From: an uncultured Acidobacteriota bacterium
Lineage (GTDB): Bacteria; Acidobacteriota; Vicinamibacteria; Marinacidobacterales; SMYC01
Direction: 5' to 3'
NCBI GenBank assembly: GCA_947259165.1
Contig: CAMYKY010000010.1
Span: 34,433 to 98,432 of the forward strand
Length of the DNA stretch: 64,000 nucleotides
Positions 9,134 to 19,178 of this stretch are shown one piece after another; within the stretch, counting starts at the first letter, position 1, and each line of letters starts with the position of its first letter. Made by a program: the position numbers and the translations under genes. The notes under the pieces are model-generated. The model was given only the letters and a program-made list of their open reading frames with translations. It had not been told where the DNA came from and ran no database searches.

Positions 9134-12100
9134 ATGAAAGATTCGCCACTCGTCGCCCAGCTGAGCCGCATCGCGTCCGAGCGCATTCTCATCATCGACG
9201 GGGCGATGGGCACGATGATCCAAAGCTACAAGCTGGACGAAGACAGCTTCCGCGGTGACGCCTTTCGCGAGCACTCGATGCCGCTCAAAGGGGCCAACGA
9301 CCTACTCTGCTTGACGCAGCCCAGGATCATCGAGGAAATCCACCAGCGTTTTCTCGACGCGGGCGCCGACGTCATCGAGACGAACACATTCAATGGAACA
9401 TCGATCGCGATGGCGGACTACGGGCTGGAGTCTCAGGTCTATGAAATCAATCGTCAGGCCGCCGTGATCGCGCGTCGCGCCGCTGACGCAGCGACGCAGA
9501 AAACACCCGACCGACCTCGATTCGTCGCCGGCTCGATGGGGCCGACGAACAAGACGGGTTCTATCTCCCCCGATGTCACCAACCCCGCATTCCGCGGCAC
9601 GACCTTCGATGCGTTACGCGATGCGTACTACGAGCAGGTGCGGGGCCTCATCGACGGTGGCGTGGACATCCTTTTGCCGGAGACTGCTTTCGACAGCCTC
9701 AACATGAAAGCAGCGTTGTTCGCGATTCAAGATCTCTTCGAACAACGCGGCGTCATTTTGCCGGTTATCTCTTCTATGACGGTCGTCGACGAGAGCGGGC
9801 GCAACCTGTCAGGGCAAACCCCGGAAGCCTACTGGATCTCGGTCTCGCATGCGCCGTTACTCGCTGTCGGGATCAATTGCGCCCTCGGCCCCTCGACGAT
9901 GCGTCCCTATGTCGAAGAGCTCGCTTCGACGTCAAACGTGCTCGTAAGCTGCGCGCCAAACGCCGGCCTCCCCAACGCTTTTGGCGGCTACGACGAAACC
10001 CCGGAACAAATGGCGCAAACTCTCGGAGAGTTCGCCGCTGAAGGCTGGCTCAACTTCGCCGGAGGTTGCTGCGGCACTACCCCCGAACATATCGAAGCAA
10101 TCGCGGAAAGCGTGCGCCGATACACTCCACACACGCCTTCCCCGTCATCGAGCTTCACACAGCTTTCCGGGCTCGAGCCCCTGACGATCCGGCCCGATTC
10201 CAACTTCATCGTGATTGGCGAGCGAACCAACGTCACGGGCTCTCGCAAGTTTGCGCGTCTCGTCACATCCGGCGCGCTCGAAGATGCACTCGATGTCGCG
10301 AGGGATCAGGTCGAAGGCGGCGCCAATATCCTCGATGTGAACATGGACGAAGGTCTTCTCGACTCCGAGAAAGCAATGACGACCTTTCTCAATCTCGTCA
10401 CCACCGAGCCGGACATCGCCCGGCTTCCCATCATGGTGGACAGCTCCAAGTTCTCCGTAATCGAGGCCGGTCTGAAGTGCCTTCAGGGAAAGAGCATCGT
10501 GAACTCGATCAGCCTCAAAGAAGGCGAAAACGTCTTCACCGCGCAGGCTCGCAAGGTAAGGCAATACGGCGCCGCCGTCGTCGTCATGGCGTTCGATGAG
10601 GAAGGACAAGCGGCCACCACCGATCGCAAAGTGGAAATTTGCAAGCGCGCGTACAAGATTCTCACCGAACAGGTCGGCTTCGCACCACAGGACATCGTGT
10701 TCGATCCCAACGTCCTGACCGTCGCAACGGGCATGGATGAACACAATGATTACGCGTTGGCGTTCATCGACGCGACCAAGCGAATCAAGACAGAGTGCCC
10801 CGGCGCGAAAGTCTCCGGCGGCATTAGCAACTTGTCGTTCTCTTTTCGCGGCAATGACTACGTGCGCGAAGCGATGAACTCGTCGTTTCTTTACTACGCG
10901 ATCCGCGCCGGACTCGACATGGGCATCGTCAACGCCGGACAGCTCGCAGTCTATGACGACGTCGAGCCCGTCTTGCGCGAGCGAATCGAAGACGTCTTGT
11001 TCAACCGCAACTCCGACGCGACCGAAGCTCTGATCGGGTTCGCGGAGGAACAAAAGGGCCCTGGAATCAAGCGAGAGAAGGACGACGCGTGGCGCGAAGC
11101 AACGGTCGAACAGCGACTGTCGCATGCGCTCGTCCGGGGCATCGTTGACCATATCGTGGACGATTCCGAAGAGGCACGGACGAAATACGGCCGCCCATTG
11201 GCCGTTATCGAAGGCCCGCTCATGGATGGGATGAACATCGTGGGGGATCTCTTTGGGGCCGGCAAGATGTTCCTCCCTCAGGTGGTGAAGAGCGCACGGG
11301 TCATGAAAAAGGCCGTGTCCTATCTCGAGCCGTTCATGGAAGAAGAAAAACGCGCTTCGGGAAACACCAGCAGCAAGGCAAAGCTAGTCCTCGCGACCGT
11401 CAAAGGAGACGTTCACGATATCGGCAAAAATATCGTCGGGGTCGTTCTCGCATGCAATGGCTACGAGATTCACGATCTCGGCGTCATGGTCCCCGCCGAA
11501 AAAATCCTGGAAGCCGCGCGTAGCGAGAAAGCGGACTTCATCGGCCTCTCCGGTCTCATTACTCCGTCGCTCGATGAGATGGTACACGTCGCCTCCGAGA
11601 TGCAACGCCAGGGTCTCGAAGTACCTCTGCTAATCGGCGGCGCCACGACATCACGCAAACACACGGCGGTGAAGATTGCGCCGTGCTATCGACACGAAAC
11701 GATTCACGTGCTCGACGCTTCGCGCGCCGTCACCACGGTGAGCGAGCTGTTGAGCGGGGACGCTCGCGCGGATTTTGTCGCCAAAAACCGCGAGGACCAA
11801 GACGTGATGCGACGCGAATACGAGGAGCGCGAGCGAAAACTCCTTCCCTACGAAGCCGCGAAAAGCCAGTCGCTCGCGCTCGAGTGGTGCTCGCAGGACA
11901 TCGCAAAGCCCGATTTTCTCGGAGTCCGCGTTCTCGACTCGGTACCCCTTGCCGAGATCACGGACTACGTCGATTGGACGCCGTTTTTTCATGCCTGGGA
12001 GTTTCGTGGGCTCTACCCGGAGTTGCTCGACAAGCCTGACGCAGGTCCGGCCGCTCGCGAGCTCTTCGACAACGCCCAGAGTCTGGTTCAAGAGCTCATC

Positions 12101-12805
12101 GCGAACGAACAGCTCACGGCGCGAGCCGTCTACGGGTTCTTCCCGGCCAACCGCGACGGGGACGACATCATTATTTATACAGACGACAACCGCGACGTCG
12201 AACGGACACGCCTCCACACGCTTCGCCAGCAGCAGGAAAAACGCAATCAGAACCCCCATCTGGCTCTGGCCGATTTCGTGGCGCCGACGGGTCACGCGGA
12301 CTACATCGGCGCGTTTGTCGTCACTGCCGGAATCGGCACCGACGAGCTCGTCAAACACTACGAGAGCGACCACGATGATTACCACGCCATCATGGTCAAA
12401 GCTCTCGCGGATCGTTTCGCCGAAGCGCTCGCAGAGAAAATCCATGAGCAGGCGCGCCGCGACTCGGGGTTCGGCAAGGAGGAGAAACTCGAGAAGCAGG
12501 ATTTGATCCGCGAGCGCTATCGAGGTATTCGACCCGCACCCGGCTATCCTGCTTTGCCCGATCACAGCGAGAAGGCAACGTTGTTTGCGCTACTCGACGC
12601 GGAAAAAAACGTCGGTGTCACTCTGACCGAGAACTTTGCGATGCTTCCAGCCGCTTCAGTCAGCGGTTTGTACTTCAATCATCCTCGAGCGAAGTACTTC
12701 AGCGTTGGTAAGATCGGACGCGACCAGGCCGAGGACTACGCCGCACGGAAAAACGTGCCGCGCACCGAGATCGAACGCTGGATCCGATCGAACGTCGGCT
12801 ACTGA
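9134..12805 (+). CDS. metH: cobalamin-dependent methionine synthase MetH
   Basis: About 1224 aa with all four modules. Hcy-binding (GAMGTMIQ...GINCALGP...[11 protein letters not shown]). Pterin-binding ([10 protein letters not shown]). B12-binding ([25 protein letters not shown]...GLSGLIT). AdoMet-binding activation domain at the C-terminus. The ATG at 9134 ([10 protein letters not shown]) fits the conserved N-terminus. Confidence 0.95.
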   Translation: MKDSPLVAQLSRIASERILIIDGAMGTMIQSYKLDEDSFRGDAFREHSMPLKGANDLLCLTQPRIIEEIHQRFLDAGADVIETNTFNGTSIAMADYGLESQVYEINRQAAVIARRAADAATQKTPDRPRFVAGSMGPTNKTGSISPDVTNPAFRGTTFDALRDAYYEQVRGLIDGGVDILLPETAFDSLNMKAALFAIQDLFEQRGVILPVISSMTVVDESGRNLSGQTPEAYWISVSHAPLLAVGINCALGPSTMRPYVEELASTSNVLVSCAPNAGLPNAFGGYDETPEQMAQTLGEFAAEGWLNFAGGCCGTTPEHIEAIAESVRRYTPHTPSPSSSFTQLSGLEPLTIRPDSNFIVIGERTNVTGSRKFARLVTSGALEDALDVARDQVEGGANILDVNMDEGLLDSEKAMTTFLNLVTTEPDIARLPIMVDSSKFSVIEAGLKCLQGKSIVNSISLKEGENVFTAQARKVRQYGAAVVVMAFDEEGQAATTDRKVEICKRAYKILTEQVGFAPQDIVFDPNVLTVATGMDEHNDYALAFIDATKRIKTECPGAKVSGGISNLSFSFRGNDYVREAMNSSFLYYAIRAGLDMGIVNAGQLAVYDDVEPVLRERIEDVLFNRNSDATEALIGFAEEQKGPGIKREKDDAWREATVEQRLSHALVRGIVDHIVDDSEEARTKYGRPLAVIEGPLMDGMNIVGDLFGAGKMFLPQVVKSARVMKKAVSYLEPFMEEEKRASGNTSSKAKLVLATVKGDVHDIGKNIVGVVLACNGYEIHDLGVMVPAEKILEAARSEKADFIGLSGLITPSLDEMVHVASEMQRQGLEVPLLIGGATTSRKHTAVKIAPCYRHETIHVLDASRAVTTVSELLSGDARADFVAKNREDQDVMRREYEERERKLLPYEAAKSQSLALEWCSQDIAKPDFLGVRVLDSVPLAEITDYVDWTPFFHAWEFRGLYPELLDKPDAGPAARELFDNAQSLVQELIANEQLTARAVYGFFPANRDGDDIIIYTDDNRDVERTRLHTLRQQQEKRNQNPHLALADFVAPTGHADYIGAFVVTAGIGTDELVKHYESDHDDYHAIMVKALADRFAEALAEKIHEQARRDSGFGKEEKLEKQDLIRERYRGIRPAPGYPALPDHSEKATLFALLDAEKNVGVTLTENFAMLPAASVSGLYFNHPRAKYFSVGKIGRDQAEDYAARKNVPRTEIERWIRSNVGY

Positions 12806-12825
12806 GCTAATAACGGCTTTGACAC

Positions 12826-13016
12826 GGAGTCTCATTCGGCTATCGGCTATCGGCATCCGGTTGATGCTCGGTTGACGAGAGTCTTTTTTCCACACACCTG
12901 AGCTCGATAAACAATCTTGGCCTTCCCGAAGGCTTGCGCGCCGCGTCGAGGCGCAGTCGCTGGGGCCGGCAAATAAATCCGGACCGAGCAGTAACCGAAT
13001 GCCGATAGCCGAATGA
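12826..13016. mobile_element. MITE-like element with ~25-bp heptamer-repeat terminal inverted repeats (family 2, copy 1)
   Basis: Left TIR cattcggctatcggctatcggcatccggtt. Right TIR aaccgaatgccgatagccgaatgag, near-perfect reverse complement. The ~130-nt core (ctcgataaacaatc...gcgcgccgcgtcgaggcgcagtcg) is homologous to the copy at 29707..29873. It lies between the metH stop and a convergent lipoprotein gene. Confidence 0.75.
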
Positions 13017-13035
13017 GACTGAGCTGAAAAGGTTG

Positions 13036-13770
13036 TCACCAGAGTACAACGCAGCGGTGGAGCATCACGTCGCTCGCTGATTTCCCTCGGACCTGACCGA
13101 GAAAGTGGATCGGCTGCCAGTCGCGTAGACTCTGAAACTCGGGACGGGCGAGCCGACACTCCACGAAAGAAAGCTCGTAGTCAGTCGCGAGCAGAAGAGG
13201 GTCGTGGACGTAGGGGTTTTGTTCAACGAGCTTGAACCCGTCGGCAAAATCCCTCATGTTATGGGGTGCCACCGTTCCCGAGAATACCGCGAGCCGGCCT
13301 TTGTACTCTGCGTCGGCCTCGGCTTCGGAGTTCGGGAAAAGGTAGTCCGCGTAAAGCTCCGCCACGTTGACGTGCAGAGTCCTCCCTCGCCTCACGAGCT
13401 CGACCGCCCCCTCCCGCAACGCGCGGAGTGACATAGCGCTCGGTGCCTCTTCGAACGCCTTCACGAGTGACGCGAGCCGCGCGTGAGCCTCGGCGGCGTC
13501 CGACTCATCGAGCTCAGCGCGCAAGACGGCTGCGGCCTCGAGCTCGACGTCGGTTAGAAACGGCGGGATCGGAGGCGGCAGTCCTCGCGTGTCCGGCGCC
13601 GGTCGTTGGGTAAAGCCTTGCCGAAGCGGGTTACTCTCGATCGGAGAGCCGACAGGAGGCTCTTTCGCGTTCTCCGGTGCAGCCACGACCGGCGATGCCT
13701 CCGGCGCCGGTTCCTCGGGCCCACCACACGCGATCATCGCCCCACACAGCAACAGGATCGCCTGTCTCAT
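13036..13770 (-). CDS. putative lipoprotein / secreted protein of unknown function
   Basis: N-terminal signal peptide with a Cys-containing lipobox-like MRQAILLLCGAMIACGG, a Pro/Ala-rich linker, and a conserved-looking C-terminal domain. No recognisable family. Confidence 0.45.
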   Translation of the reverse strand: MRQAILLLCGAMIACGGPEEPAPEASPVVAAPENAKEPPVGSPIESNPLRQGFTQRPAPDTRGLPPPIPPFLTDVELEAAAVLRAELDESDAAEAHARLASLVKAFEEAPSAMSLRALREGAVELVRRGRTLHVNVAELYADYLFPNSEAEADAEYKGRLAVFSGTVAPHNMRDFADGFKLVEQNPYVHDPLLLATDYELSFVECRLARPEFQSLRDWQPIHFLGQVRGKSASDVMLHRCVVLW

Positions 13771-13949
13771 CATCGATTCTTTGCTCGCCACTCCGCGACG
13801 GCGCGGTAGCCGCCGCCGAGACTAGCACACTCGCGCGAGCATCCCCGACGACAGCAACGACTTTGACGGGATGGCCTTTGCGCCAAGACTGGCGCCAAAG
13901 GTTTTCGTTTTCAAATCGGTACCGTACAATTATCTTGGGGGAATTCTTC

Positions 13950-14375
13950 TTGAAGAAACTCTTGTGGCTTCTTGCCTTCGTCGTGATGGCGACGGCCGTG
14001 AAAGACATCGTTGGCTACTTCGGCCCAATGGCGGCGGCGTTTCGAGCCTATCGAGACGAGGCCGAGACGCTCGAGCTCGCGCGCGCGAAAGCGAAGTCGT
14101 TCGGAGACATCGAAGGTTATATCGTTGACGCAAGCTACCACTTGGACACGGCGGAGCCCGCCGGCGACAACGAAGTCCGCCTCACGGTCGTCGAAGCAAT
14201 CCAGTTCCAGCGCATGAGCGAAATGAAGCCCTTCGGCAATCGGAGAGTGGCCCAGACTCGCCAGTACGTGCTGATGCGTCACGTCGACGGCCGGTGGGTA
14301 CTGTCCCACATCGAAGAAGACGCCACCGAAGTCGTCGAACTCTCTCAAGTTGTCGAACAGCTCGACGACAAGTAG
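13950..14375 (+). CDS. hypothetical membrane-anchored protein
   Basis: An in-frame TTG start preceded by GGGGGA. N-terminal hydrophobic anchor LKKLLWLLAFVVMATA followed by a ~120-aa soluble domain. The 5' part of track ORF 13677..14375 overlaps the convergent lipoprotein gene and is rejected. Confidence 0.4.
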   Translation: MKKLLWLLAFVVMATAVKDIVGYFGPMAAAFRAYRDEAETLELARAKAKSFGDIEGYIVDASYHLDTAEPAGDNEVRLTVVEAIQFQRMSEMKPFGNRRVAQTRQYVLMRHVDGRWVLSHIEEDATEVVELSQVVEQLDDK

Positions 14376-14421
14376 CGACGGAATCTCTTGTGGTAGTCTT
14401 CGGGCGGAGCGGAACGGAAAC

Positions 14422-14832
14422 ATGAAGAGAATGACACTATGTCTAGGTTTGGTGGGGCTTCTGGCCATGGCGTGGTCGATATCGGCACAGGAGGAGGCCA
14501 CCACGGTTCAATCCGGCGTGTTTTCCGAAGAACAAGCGGGACGCGGTGAGCAGCTCTTCGGCGAAGCCTGCCTGGTCTGCCACCAGCCCGAAGAGTTCGC
14601 CACCGGTGGCTACATGGACGGATGGAGCGGCATGAGCGTGAACGATTTTGTGGAGTTCGTGCGCTCGACCATGCCGGAGGACAACCCCGGTCGTCTCAAA
14701 CGCGAAGAATACATCGACATCATCGCGTTCGTCTTTCAGCAAAACGGGCTTCCGGCGGGAGAGACCGAAATGGAGCGAGCGGGGCTCAAGGACATTCAGA
14801 TCGAAGGCCCCTTCGGCGAGTCCGCCCAGTAG
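14422..14832 (+). CDS. c-type cytochrome (class I, mono-heme)
   Basis: Signal peptide MKRMTLCLGLVGLLAMAWSISAQ and one CxxCH heme site (CLVCHQ). Confidence 0.8.
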   Translation: MKRMTLCLGLVGLLAMAWSISAQEEATTVQSGVFSEEQAGRGEQLFGEACLVCHQPEEFATGGYMDGWSGMSVNDFVEFVRSTMPEDNPGRLKREEYIDIIAFVFQQNGLPAGETEMERAGLKDIQIEGPFGESAQ

Positions 14833-15089
14833 ATTCGTCCGACACGTGGGCTCGAGCCGCACCCAGGCTCGAGCCAATGTGCAACTACCGATTGAGAAAC
14901 GCTCCAGCACAGCTCTTCGGGGCCTCCGACCGAGACCTTGACAACCTCGTTGCCTTCGCCCTAATCTCGCCCCGAAACGAGTGCGGTCGGGGTCCGGCGG
15001 GATGTTTCAAACTCAACGCCGTATTTACCTGCAAGCTTACGGACTGATCCGTGGCGCACGGCGCGAGCCTGGCGTCATTGGAGGGAGGT

Positions 15090-15533
15090 AACATGGGATT
15101 GTTGGACTTTGTTTCAAGTGTTGGCGAGAACTTGTTCGGAGGAGGGGTCGAATCCGATCAAGAACGCTCGGCCAAATTGGAGAACCACGTTCGAAAACTC
15201 GGTCTCGAAGTGCAGCAGCTCAAGATCGATGTGAACAAGGACGTCGCCACGGTGTCAGGTCGGGTCGAGGCCCAGGCCGAGCGGGAGAAGATCCTCCTCG
15301 CTGTCGGGAACACCGAAGGGATCGCCCGAGTCGACGACCAGGTCGAGGTCGTGACGCCCGAGCCGGAGGCGAAGTACTACACCGTGGTCAAAGGAGATTC
15401 TCTCTCCAAGATCGCGAAAGAGGTCTACGGTGACGCGATGCAGTACCCCGTCATCTTCGAGGCGAACAAACCGATGTTAACCAACCCCGACCTGATCTAT
15501 CCCGGTCAAGTTCTGCGCATCCCTAATAAATAG
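15090..15533 (+). CDS. BON + LysM domain protein (Kbp/YgaU-like)
   Basis: GGAGGGAGG lies upstream of the ATG. BON domain (VQQLKIDVNKDVATVSGRVEAQAEREKILLAVGNTEGIARVDDQVEV) followed by a C-terminal LysM (YYTVVKGDSLSKIAKEVYGDAMQYPVIFEANKPMLTNPDLIYPGQVLRIP). Confidence 0.8.
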   Translation, partial: NMGLLDFVSSVGENLFGGGVESDQERSAKLENHVRKLGLEVQQLKIDVNKDVATVSGRVEAQAEREKILLAVGNTEGIARVDDQVEVVTPEPEAKYYTVVKGDSLSKIAKEVYGDAMQYPVIFEANKPMLTNPDLIYPGQVLRIPNK

Positions 15534-15562
15534 TCACGCCGACAGAGTCGGCGTATCAAGCA

Positions 15563-15592
15563 CCCCTCTCCCCCCGAATGGGGGGAGAGGCC
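15563..15592. terminator. perfect palindrome CCTCTCCCCCC-GAAT-GGGGGGAGAGG downstream of the BON/LysM gene
   Basis: 11-bp stem with a 4-nt loop, 30 nt after the stop. No T-tract follows on the plus strand. It belongs to the recurring CCTCTCCCCC/GGGGGAGAGG palindrome family (see also 15826..15891 and 60184..60229). Confidence 0.5.
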
Positions 15593-15825
15593 TGGGTGAG
15601 GGGGATGTACACGCGTTGCACCGTGCACCTGCACCCGTTGTACCCGTGCCCCCGATCTCGGACCCCATTGGGCAGAGCCCCAGACTGAGCAGCTGTGGTT
15701 CGCGATTCGAGTTCTTCGAATGCAGGCGTTGTGCCAGCGCGGATAGAGTCGATTTCTTTGGTTTTCAGCGTCATCACTCGCCTTCGAGCAACGCCCCCTA
15801 ACCCGATGGCGCTGCGCGCCATCGA

Positions 15826-15891
15826 CCTCTCCCCCCTTTTGGGGGAGAGATTAATCAAAATCAACAACCTCTCCCCCAAAAGGCGGAGAGG
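15826..15891 (-). terminator. tandem CCTCTCCCCC-N4-GGGGGAGAGG hairpins; glpK rho-independent terminator candidate
   Basis: Two hairpins (cctctcccccc-tttt-gggggagag and cctctccccc-aaaa-ggcggagagg) separated by attaatcaaaatcaacaa. On the minus strand the distal hairpin is followed by TTGTTGATTTTGATTAAT, a U-rich tract, 50-115 nt after the glpK stop. Confidence 0.55.
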
Positions 15892-15940
15892 GCCTCTTGG
15901 TTAGCCTCTTCCGTCACAGTGCTCACCGACACGCCACACC

Positions 15941-17461
15941 CTAGACCCAATCGAGGGTGCGCTGCACCGCCTTGCGCCAGCCTGCGTAGAGTCGTTCCCG
16001 CTCGTCCGACTCCATCCGCGGAGTCCACTCCTGATCCGCGGCCCAGTTTTCCCGGAGCTCGGCCTCGTTCGACCAAAACCCAACGGCGCGTCCGGCTGCG
16101 TAGGCAGCTCCGAGTGACGTCGTTTCATTTACCCGCGGTCGCACGACCGGCACATCGAGCATATCGGCTTGGAACTGCATGAGAAGATTGTTGACGACCA
16201 TACCGCCATCGACCTTCAGGGACGTCAACTCGACGCCCGAGTCCTTGTGCATTGCGTCCAGCACTTCCTTCGTCTGATACGCCGTGGCCTCGAGACTCGC
16301 TCGCGCGATGTGCTCCTTGCGAATGAAGCGCGTCAGCCCAACCATGACCCCGCGAGCATCGCTGCGCCAGTGGGGCGCAAACAGACCCGAAAAAGCGGGA
16401 ACGAGGTACATCCCGCCATTGTCATCGACGTGATTCGCTAGCTTCTCGACTTCGGGAGCGGACGCGATCAAACCCAGATTGTCGCGTAGCCACTGAACCA
16501 AAGCCCCAGCGATGGCGACCGAACCCTCGAGCGCGTAGACCGTGGGCTCAGACCCGATCCGATAGGCGACGGTGGTGAGAAGTCCGGAATTCGATGGAAC
16601 CACCTCGGTGCCGGTATTCAGCAGGAGGAAGCACCCGGTACCGTAAGTGTTCTTGGCCTCGCCAGCGTTGAAGCACGTCTGACCGTACAGAGCGGCCTGC
16701 TGGTCCCCGAGGTCACCGCAAACGGGAATAGCCCTGCCGAACGCGCCTCGTTTCGACGTGGTCCCGTACAACGCCGGATCGGAAGAGGGGCGAATCTCGG
16801 GCAGCATGGCCGCCGGAATTCCCATGACGTCGAGAATCTCGGAGTCCCAATCGAGGGAGCTCAGACTCATGAGCTGAGTGCGGCTCGCGTTCGTCACGTC
16901 GGTGACGTGCGCCCCCCCGGACACGCCTCCCGTCAGATTCCAAATGAGCCATGTGTCCATGTTGCCGAAGAGGGCGTCTCCCCGTGCAGCGGCCTCCCGC
17001 ACCTCCGGCACTTCGTCAAGAAGCCATCGGATTTTGGGCCCGGAAAAGTACGTGGAGAGCGGCAGACCGGTGGTGGCACGAAACCGGTCCTGACCTCCAT
17101 CGCGCGTCAGCTCCCGACAAATCCCGTCAGTGCGCGTGTCCTGCCACACAATCGCCGGATGAAGCGGCTTTCCGGACTTTTTGTCCCAGACAACCGTGGT
17201 CTCCCGCTGGTTCGTTATCCCGACGGCCGCGATCCCTTCACCTTGAATGCCCGCCTGCTCGAGCGTGCGCCGGATGACAATCTGCGTCCGGTCCCAGATC
17301 TCGTCGGGGTCGTGCTCCACCCAGCCCGGCTTCGGATAGATCTGCTCGTGTTCGAGCTGGTGCGAGGCGACCACTTCACCACTATGGTTGACCAAAAGGC
17401 AGCGAGTGCTGGTCGTCCCCTGGTCCAATGCTGCTACGACGTCAGCCACATCAACCTCCAT
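15941..17461 (-). CDS. glpK: glycerol kinase GlpK
   Basis: FGGY-family signatures throughout ([64 protein letters not shown]) at about 505 aa. Confidence 0.95.
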   Translation of the reverse strand: MEVDVADVVAALDQGTTSTRCLLVNHSGEVVASHQLEHEQIYPKPGWVEHDPDEIWDRTQIVIRRTLEQAGIQGEGIAAVGITNQRETTVVWDKKSGKPLHPAIVWQDTRTDGICRELTRDGGQDRFRATTGLPLSTYFSGPKIRWLLDEVPEVREAAARGDALFGNMDTWLIWNLTGGVSGGAHVTDVTNASRTQLMSLSSLDWDSEILDVMGIPAAMLPEIRPSSDPALYGTTSKRGAFGRAIPVCGDLGDQQAALYGQTCFNAGEAKNTYGTGCFLLLNTGTEVVPSNSGLLTTVAYRIGSEPTVYALEGSVAIAGALVQWLRDNLGLIASAPEVEKLANHVDDNGGMYLVPAFSGLFAPHWRSDARGVMVGLTRFIRKEHIARASLEATAYQTKEVLDAMHKDSGVELTSLKVDGGMVVNNLLMQFQADMLDVPVVRPRVNETTSLGAAYAAGRAVGFWSNEAELRENWAADQEWTPRMESDERERLYAGWRKAVQRTLDWV

Positions 17462-17679
17462 AAGTATCTATTTATCAGCAACTTAGATATTATCACTTGT
17501 TCACAGCCTCATGCAAACCAGAGTTAAAGTAAAATCTCAGGAAACAGCATTAAACCTCTTGCAATATAGAGATCTCCGTTGTAGAGTTTTTCATGGAATG
17601 GGGGTCGCACTTCTCGAGAGACTTCATGCGCGGCTTTCCTTTCCGAAGGGCAATTCACTCCAAGGACGAGGTTAATTGA

Positions 17680-18786
17680 ATGGGCCAGGGATTACAGCTT
17701 AGGCTTCTCACGACGGGACTCCTGGCCCTCCCTTTTCTCATCGGCGGGTGCAAGCTCGAAGAAGCTCTACTTCCCACGGACCCAACCGGCGCCGACGCGG
17801 TCTCGGGCGACGGCGTCGGGGTCTTCGCCACGACTTCAGGAAGCGACATTACAGCGCCCATTATCTCGAATCCGCTCTCAGGGAGCACCGTTTCGGAACC
17901 GCAGCCCAATTTGAGCGTTCTCAATTCGGCGCAAAACAGCACCAGCGCCCGAAGCTACCTTTTCCAAGTCTCGAACGAGTCGAGTTTTGCCAGCCTGGAA
18001 GCCCAGTCGGCACAGGTTCCCGAGGGGCAAAATGGCAGCACCTCGTGGACCGTCGACTCGCCCCTCTCGGATGGACGTTATTTTTGGCGCGTTAGAAGCC
18101 GCTCCGGCACCGTCGACAGCCCATTCTCCTCGACGGCCGACTTCACGATCGGCAACGGAGGCGGCCCACCGCCCCCGAACAACCCGCCCCCGAACAACCC
18201 GGCTCCGTCACCCGCAGCCGGCACCGTCGTTTTCGACCCGCTGATCGGCGGCAGCATCGGACAGGTCGCAGGCGGCCAGTTCACCGCCTCGGGATGGCAG
18301 GTCACGAGTCCTGGTAACTTCATCCGCTACGAAGTCCCAGCGATGGCCAAAGGGTGGGTCGAGTTCGACACCAGCGGCCTCAAGGAGATCAATTCGTCTC
18401 CGGACCAGTTCATGCTCTTCGGGATGTGGGACCCATCTGCGGGCCCGTATCGCGCCAACCCGTTTCGGGTACACCTGCAAAAGCTCCACCCGAACCCCCA
18501 TAACCCGCCGTATCTCAGGCTGCGCTGGATCGCCAACGGCGAGCAGCACGACGAAGGTAACAACTTCCTCGACTGGAACCCGTCACGAACTTATCACTGG
18601 CGTCTCGAGTGGGGCCCCGGTGGCGGCGGGAACACCGCCCGGGTCTATCTCGACGGCCAACTCATGATCACCGTGAACTACAACCGAGCGTACCGGCCGA
18701 ACGTGCTCTACATCGAGCTCGGCATCGGCGAGCGCGGCGAATCTATCGTAGGAGCCAAGTACTCGAACCTACAGATTGGAAATTAG
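17680..18786 (+). CDS. secreted lipoprotein with FN3-like N-terminal domain and C-terminal concanavalin/LamG-like jelly-roll domain
   Basis: Signal peptide with lipobox-like LIGGCK. A (PPPNNP)2 linker. The C-terminal ~190 aa have a jelly-roll-like pattern (WQVTSPGNFIRYEV...HWRLEWGPGGGG.TARVYLDGQLM). The family assignment is tentative. Confidence 0.45.
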   Translation: MGQGLQLRLLTTGLLALPFLIGGCKLEEALLPTDPTGADAVSGDGVGVFATTSGSDITAPIISNPLSGSTVSEPQPNLSVLNSAQNSTSARSYLFQVSNESSFASLEAQSAQVPEGQNGSTSWTVDSPLSDGRYFWRVRSRSGTVDSPFSSTADFTIGNGGGPPPPNNPPPNNPAPSPAAGTVVFDPLIGGSIGQVAGGQFTASGWQVTSPGNFIRYEVPAMAKGWVEFDTSGLKEINSSPDQFMLFGMWDPSAGPYRANPFRVHLQKLHPNPHNPPYLRLRWIANGEQHDEGNNFLDWNPSRTYHWRLEWGPGGGGNTARVYLDGQLMITVNYNRAYRPNVLYIELGIGERGESIVGAKYSNLQIGN

Positions 18787-18974
18787 AGTTTTGAACAGCC
18801 TCGGGTCCGAGACGACCCCCTCGGCCCGACTAGCCTCCCCTGAGGTCTCGTCCTTCTCACCGAGACTTCCGGGGAGGCCCTCCCTCCTGTAGCGGGCGTC
18901 GTCTCCTCGAGGCGCCCGCGCTTGTTTCGGACAACTCCTTCGGCTTCATGTTCCATCGTGCACGGCGATGCAGT

Positions 18975-19090
18975 CAAAGGCAAAGAGAGACGGGGATAGG
19001 AGGGGATGTGGGGATAAGACAAGCTCTGTGCAACGCCCCATCTCCAAACTTCGGATCATGTCCATCCCCTAATCCCCTTTGCCTTTGACG
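18975..19090. repeat. long imperfect inverted repeat upstream of the sigma-54 activator gene
   Basis: gtcaaaggcaaagagagacggggataggaggggatg ... catccatcccctaatcccctttgcctttgac. The arms are ~33 nt with a ~45-nt spacer, about 90 nt upstream of the ATG at 19179. Confidence 0.5.
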
Positions 19091-19178
19091 ACCTCCCAGT
19101 CAGCCGTGACGGCGGGCCGTTGGCGACGGAAATGAGAGTCTCGTATACTAAGTCTTTGAAAACGAGTCACATCGTGTC

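Noticed and set aside
10145-12565. Two long minus-strand ORFs (10145..11152 and 11651..12565) inside metH
   Set aside because: Both are antisense to a full-length, motif-complete MetH and have no domain signatures. They are GC-skew artefacts.
15556-15879. 107-aa minus-strand ORF spanning the palindrome-rich intergenic region
   Set aside because: It is made up largely of the translated CCTCTCCCCC/GGGGGAGAGG palindromes and has no start context. The region is better explained as terminators.
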